From Candidatus Woesearchaeota archaeon (GTDB lineage Archaea; Nanobdellota; Nanobdellia; Nanobdellales; Nanobdellaceae), in assembly GCA_964468425.1 (NCBI GenBank), contig CAYXSZ010000011.1, forward strand, positions 1 to 7,404: a stretch of 7,404 nucleotides of DNA. The letters are read 5' to 3'. Below the pieces are notes generated by a model. The model had not been told where the DNA came from. It did not search any database and saw only the letters and a program-made list of their open reading frames with translations. The translations under genes and the position numbers were made by a program. Shown here piece by piece: positions 5,352-7,404 of the stretch (position 1 is its first letter; each line of letters begins with the position of its first letter).

Positions 5352-6230
5352 ATGAAGGTGCATCTCGTCGCGTTCGACTCCTTTTCGACTCGTTCTATGG
5401 CGACTTTTGTTGAAACTGATATCAGAGTCTTATTAGACCCGTCGATCTCGATCTCTCCAAAAAGATACGGGCTTCCTCCTCACGATCTGGAGCTAAATGC
5501 CTTGGAGTCTGGAAAACAAAGAATAATTGACTTAATAAAGCGATCAGACGTTCTAGTAATCACTCATTATCACTGGGATCACTGTCCTCATCCAGAATCG
5601 GAAATGATCTCATCTATTCGCGGAAAAACACTAATAGTTAAGGATTACGCGCGTTCAATAAACAAGTCGCAAAGCGAGAGAGGAAAGCACTTTTTATCAA
5701 AGGTAAAAAGTCGTAACGAAATACTAATTGGAGATAACAAGGAATTCGAGTTTAGAAACACTTATATAAGAATTTCTAGACCGGTTTGGCACGGAGAACC
5801 TGGATCAAAGCTTGGATACGTGTTGATGGTTTATCTAGAGCACAAGAAAGATTCGATACTATTTGCTTCGGACATTCAAGGAGTTTTGAGCAATGATACA
5901 TTCGAAGAGATAGTTTCGTTTGATCCAAAAACAATTATAATGTCCGGTCCTGCCACTTACCACTACTTTTGGAAAGACGAAGCTACGCGAAGATCCAACG
6001 AATACTTGAAAAGAATAATGGAAAAGACTCAAGTTGAAACGATAGTTATCGATCATCACCTAACGAGAGACATAAATTACTTGGATAAAATTAAAGATCT
6101 AATACTGTTCGGAGAGCAATATAAAACGTCGATAAAAACCGCTGCTGAATTTATGAACAAGGAAAATCTCCTGCTAGAGGCTAGAAGAAGAGAACTTTAC
6201 AAGGCTGTGCCCCGCCCATCGTACCGATGA
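5352..6230 (+). CDS. Metallo-beta-lactamase-fold hydrolase, resembling the archaeal UPF0282/COG2248 type
   Basis: 292 aa. The canonical MBL motif HxHxDH is present as HYHWDH, preceded by a beta-strand/Asp segment (VLLDPSISISP) and followed by later His/Asp residues (WHGEPGS, ASDIQG, IDHH). The last ~8 codons overlap the H/ACA sRNA candidate on the opposite strand. Confidence 0.65.
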   Translation: MKVHLVAFDSFSTRSMATFVETDIRVLLDPSISISPKRYGLPPHDLELNALESGKQRIIDLIKRSDVLVITHYHWDHCPHPESEMISSIRGKTLIVKDYARSINKSQSERGKHFLSKVKSRNEILIGDNKEFEFRNTYIRISRPVWHGEPGSKLGYVLMVYLEHKKDSILFASDIQGVLSNDTFEEIVSFDPKTIIMSGPATYHYFWKDEATRRSNEYLKRIMEKTQVETIVIDHHLTRDINYLDKIKDLILFGEQYKTSIKTAAEFMNKENLLLEARRRELYKAVPRPSYR

Positions 6231-6263
6231 TCATCGTTTTCACATCGGCTCGTCCAGCGGGGC
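6206..6263 (-). ncRNA. Single-hairpin archaeal H/ACA box guide sRNA (pseudouridylation guide) with a K-loop
   Basis: The minus strand reads 5'-GCCCCGC|UGGACGAG|CCGAUG|UGAAAACGAUGAU|CAUCGG|UACGAUGG|GCGGGGC|ACA-3'.
- The lower stem is 7 bp and all G-C.
- The internal loop (pocket) is symmetric, 8 x 8 nt.
- The upper stem is 6 bp.
- The apical loop starts UGA and ends GAU, which allows tandem sheared G.A/A.G pairs plus a U.U pair. This is an L7Ae-type K-loop, and the 3' side reads GAUGA.
- The ACA box follows the lower stem immediately.
- The top of the pocket is 15 nt from the ACA, within the canonical 14-16 nt.

The element is a G+C-rich island in A/T-rich sequence. On the plus strand there is neither an ACA nor any GA pairs. 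Confidence 0.65.
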
Positions 6264-6308
6264 TTATTGTGTTATGTTTAGATAATGTTTTTATTCCACT
6301 TTTCCTAA

Positions 6309-6371
6309 CCGGTTGCCACTCACTCACATGGCTCTCGACCTCGGGAACTCGAGAAAGAGCAAAAATTTTTT
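6309..6371 (+). ncRNA. Candidate small structured RNA of unknown class, or alternatively a structured 3' end/terminator region
   Basis: Two hairpins are present: GCCA(6315..6318)-CUCACUCACA-UGGC(6329..6332) and UCUCGA(6333..6338)-CCUCGGGAAC-UCGAGA(6349..6354). They are followed by AAGAGCAAAAA and a T6 run at 6366..6371. The G+C content is locally raised. A TATA-like TTTAGATA at 6277..6284 would place a transcription start near 6305..6310. I found no C/D or H/ACA boxes. Confidence 0.3.
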
Positions 6372-6477
6372 AAATAGAAGATCGCTTTGTGTAGTAGGGG
6401 TATTATGTTAAAGACGAAAGCTGCAAATGATACTTTGTAAAACAGTAAATAAGAAGTTTTAACAAAAATAATGAGAT

Positions 6478-7404
6478 ATGGCGATCAACGTAGATCCGCT
6501 ACAAGCTGGAGGAGTTCCTCCCGAGCACGTTATTAAGCAATTGTTGAGCTACGTAAAAGGTTATCCAATGTGCTTGCATTGTCCGGGAGATGTACATAAA
6601 GTTCCTAAGCCGAATATTAAAAAATTAGTTGAGGAAGACTTACCAGAGTTTTTGGGAGCCGATGTTGTTAGATTGCATCACGGCGCGAGAGAAGCTGCAT
6701 TTACAGTTTTGTTTGCCTTGTACAAGCACCACGTTCTGAACAAAAAAGACAAAGCGCCGGTTGTTGTTCTAGATGGGAATACGCATTACTCGATGATTTT
6801 AGCTGCGGAAAGATCTATGCTAACTCCAGTTTTGACGAAAGTCTCCGATTTTCCAGAGTTTAAAGTAATAGAAGAAGATTTTGAGAATAAAATAGAAGAA
6901 GTTGAGCGAAAATATGGTAAAGAACCTTTGGCGACGATCGTGAACTATCCCGACGGGAAGTACGGTAACCTCCCCAACTTAAAAAAAATATCGGAAATAG
7001 CCCAGCAACATAATGTTTATTTAATCGTAGATGGCGCTTATTCTGTAGGTAGAATGCCTTTTAACATGAAAGAGTGTGATGCAGACATTGTTATAGCTTC
7101 CGCTCATAAGTCTATGGCATGCATAGGACCTTTAGGGGTTTTAGGGATGGATGAAGAGATCGCAAAGATAATTTTAAGGAAATCTGAATATAAGCCCGAA
7201 AAAGAATTAGAATTGTTGGGTTGCACCTCTAGAGGGTTGCCAACCATTTGTTTACTTTTCGTCATGGATTATTTGAAGAAAAGAATTAAAGAATGGAGTA
7301 AAAAGGGTGAAATAGCTAATTATTTTATTAAAAAAGCTGAAAGGGAACTGGAATTCGTCTTGCAAGGAGAAAAACCACATAAGCACGACTTATTGAATTT
7401 CAAA
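6478..7404 (+). CDS. pscS: O-phosphoseryl-tRNA(Cys):Cys-tRNA synthase (SepCysS, PLP-dependent). It is partial: the N-terminal 309 codons lie in the window and the ORF continues past the right edge.
   Basis: The hand translation is MAINVDPLQAGGVPPEHVIKQLLSYVKGYPMCLHCPGDVHKVPKPNIKKLVEEDLPEFLGADVVRLHHGAREAAFTVLFAL...VVLDGNTHYS...IVNYPDGKYGNLPNLKKISEIAQQHNVYLIVDGAYSVGRMP...DADIVIASAHKSMACIGPLGVLGM...ELELLGCTSRG...PHKHDLLNF. It matches SepCysS block for block as I recall the family: INPLQ.GG, a CxxC pair, PxFLG.D..R...GAREA, YPDG.YGNLPD.KKI, NGAY..GRMP, the PLP lysine in S.HKSMA (AAG at 7108..7110), LLGCT.RG and PH.HDL. An in-frame TGA at 6472..6474 fixes 6478 as the first possible ATG. The track omits it because there is no stop in the window. 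Confidence 0.85.
   Translation, partial: MAINVDPLQAGGVPPEHVIKQLLSYVKGYPMCLHCPGDVHKVPKPNIKKLVEEDLPEFLGADVVRLHHGAREAAFTVLFALYKHHVLNKKDKAPVVVLDGNTHYSMILAAERSMLTPVLTKVSDFPEFKVIEEDFENKIEEVERKYGKEPLATIVNYPDGKYGNLPNLKKISEIAQQHNVYLIVDGAYSVGRMPFNMKECDADIVIASAHKSMACIGPLGVLGMDEEIAKIILRKSEYKPEKELELLGCTSRGLPTICLLFVMDYLKKRIKEWSKKGEIANYFIKKAERELEFVLQGEKPHKHDLLNFK

Noticed and set aside
5859-6059. Minus-strand track ORF 5859..6059 (66 aa).
   Set aside because: It lies antisense inside the MBL-fold CDS and has no motif or promoter support.
6206-6263. Alternative readings of the G+C-rich hairpin: a plus-strand terminator or attenuator, or a tRNA or tRNA half.
   Set aside because: Archaeal termination relies on oligo-T rather than on a hairpin, and the plus-strand fold lacks GA pairs and an ACA. 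At 58 nt, with a single long hairpin and no D/T-arm sequences such as GTTCRANYC, it is not a tRNA. Only the minus strand shows the K-loop and the ACA box at the canonical distance.
6224-6263. Resemblance of the plus-strand sequence (…ACCGAUG…UCGGCUCGUC…GGGGCU) to the 23S rRNA peptidyl-transferase-ring segment, which I recall as CACCUCGAUGUCGGCUCGUCGCAUCCUGGGGCU in archaea. That would make this PTC region the H/ACA target.
   Set aside because: Only one arm fits: a 10-nt match that runs into the proposed upper stem. The other pocket strand does not pair with the adjacent rRNA sequence, and no unpaired U-N would be presented at the top of the pocket. The rRNA sequence is from memory. A single 10-mer match to several kb of rRNA is not statistically compelling. 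It should be re-tested against the organism's own 23S.
6330-6410. 27-codon ORF starting at ATG 6328 (MALDLGNSRKSKNFLNRRSLCVVGVLC).
   Set aside because: It has no promoter spacing or motif support. It spans the hairpin, the oligo-T run and the TATA element, all of which are better explained as RNA or regulatory sequence.
6405-6536. Short upstream ORFs before SepCysS: the 11-codon ORF starting at 6405 (MLKTKAANDTL) and the out-of-frame ATG at 6471 (about 21 codons, overlapping the SepCysS start).
   Set aside because: They are too short and lack distinguishing features. Random ATGs are frequent in A/T-rich spacer sequence. The 6478 frame alone gives the conserved SepCysS N-terminus (INVDPLQAGG).
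1-7404. CRISPR arrays, transposases/IS elements, integrases, toxin-antitoxin or other defence modules, long tandem or inverted repeats.
   Set aside because: On reading both strands I found no repeat-spacer periodicity, no terminal inverted repeats and no recombinase-like ORFs. The only repeats are short A/T-rich palindromes in promoter regions and the stems described above.

Overview
This is an AT-rich, very gene-dense archaeal chromosomal window made of housekeeping genes, with no CRISPR array, mobile element, tRNA or rRNA. The archaeal assignment rests on archease, RNase P Rpp30, uS15 of the S13e type, a RecJ/GAN(Cdc45)-like DHH protein and SepCysS. Proteins are rich in K, E and I. Most start codons lack a Shine-Dalgarno sequence and sit about 25-30 nt downstream of A/T-rich TATA-like boxes, which suggests leaderless mRNAs.

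Gene order:
- <1..579 (-): partial membrane-anchored hypothetical protein, missed by the ORF track because it runs off the left edge.
- 623..1486 (+): SecF-like.
- 1483..1935 (-): archease.
- 2049..2615 (+): ASCH domain fused to an HTH. The track ORF start at 1860 is an artefactual extension.
- 2612..3340 (-): Rpp30-like.
- 3341..3508 (-): 55-aa zinc-ribbon ORF, below the track length cutoff.
- 3534..4922 (-): RecJ/GAN-like DHH protein.
- 4919..5317 (-): uS15.
- 5352..6230 (+): MBL-fold hydrolase.
- 6478..>7404 (+): partial SepCysS, missed by the track because it runs off the right edge.

The most interesting content is non-coding and absent from the ORF track:
- A textbook archaeal C/D box guide sRNA at 1971..2019 (-), in the archease/ASCH intergenic region.
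- A single-hairpin H/ACA guide sRNA with a K-loop and a 3' ACA at 6206..6263 (-), antisense to the last codons of the MBL gene.
- A further candidate two-hairpin small RNA at about 6309..6371 (+).

Other observations are a degenerate DHH motif (DHL) in the RecJ-like protein, a uS15 that lacks the usual basic N-terminus, and convergent genes whose stop codons overlap. All homology calls were made by eye from the translated sequences. No searches were run.
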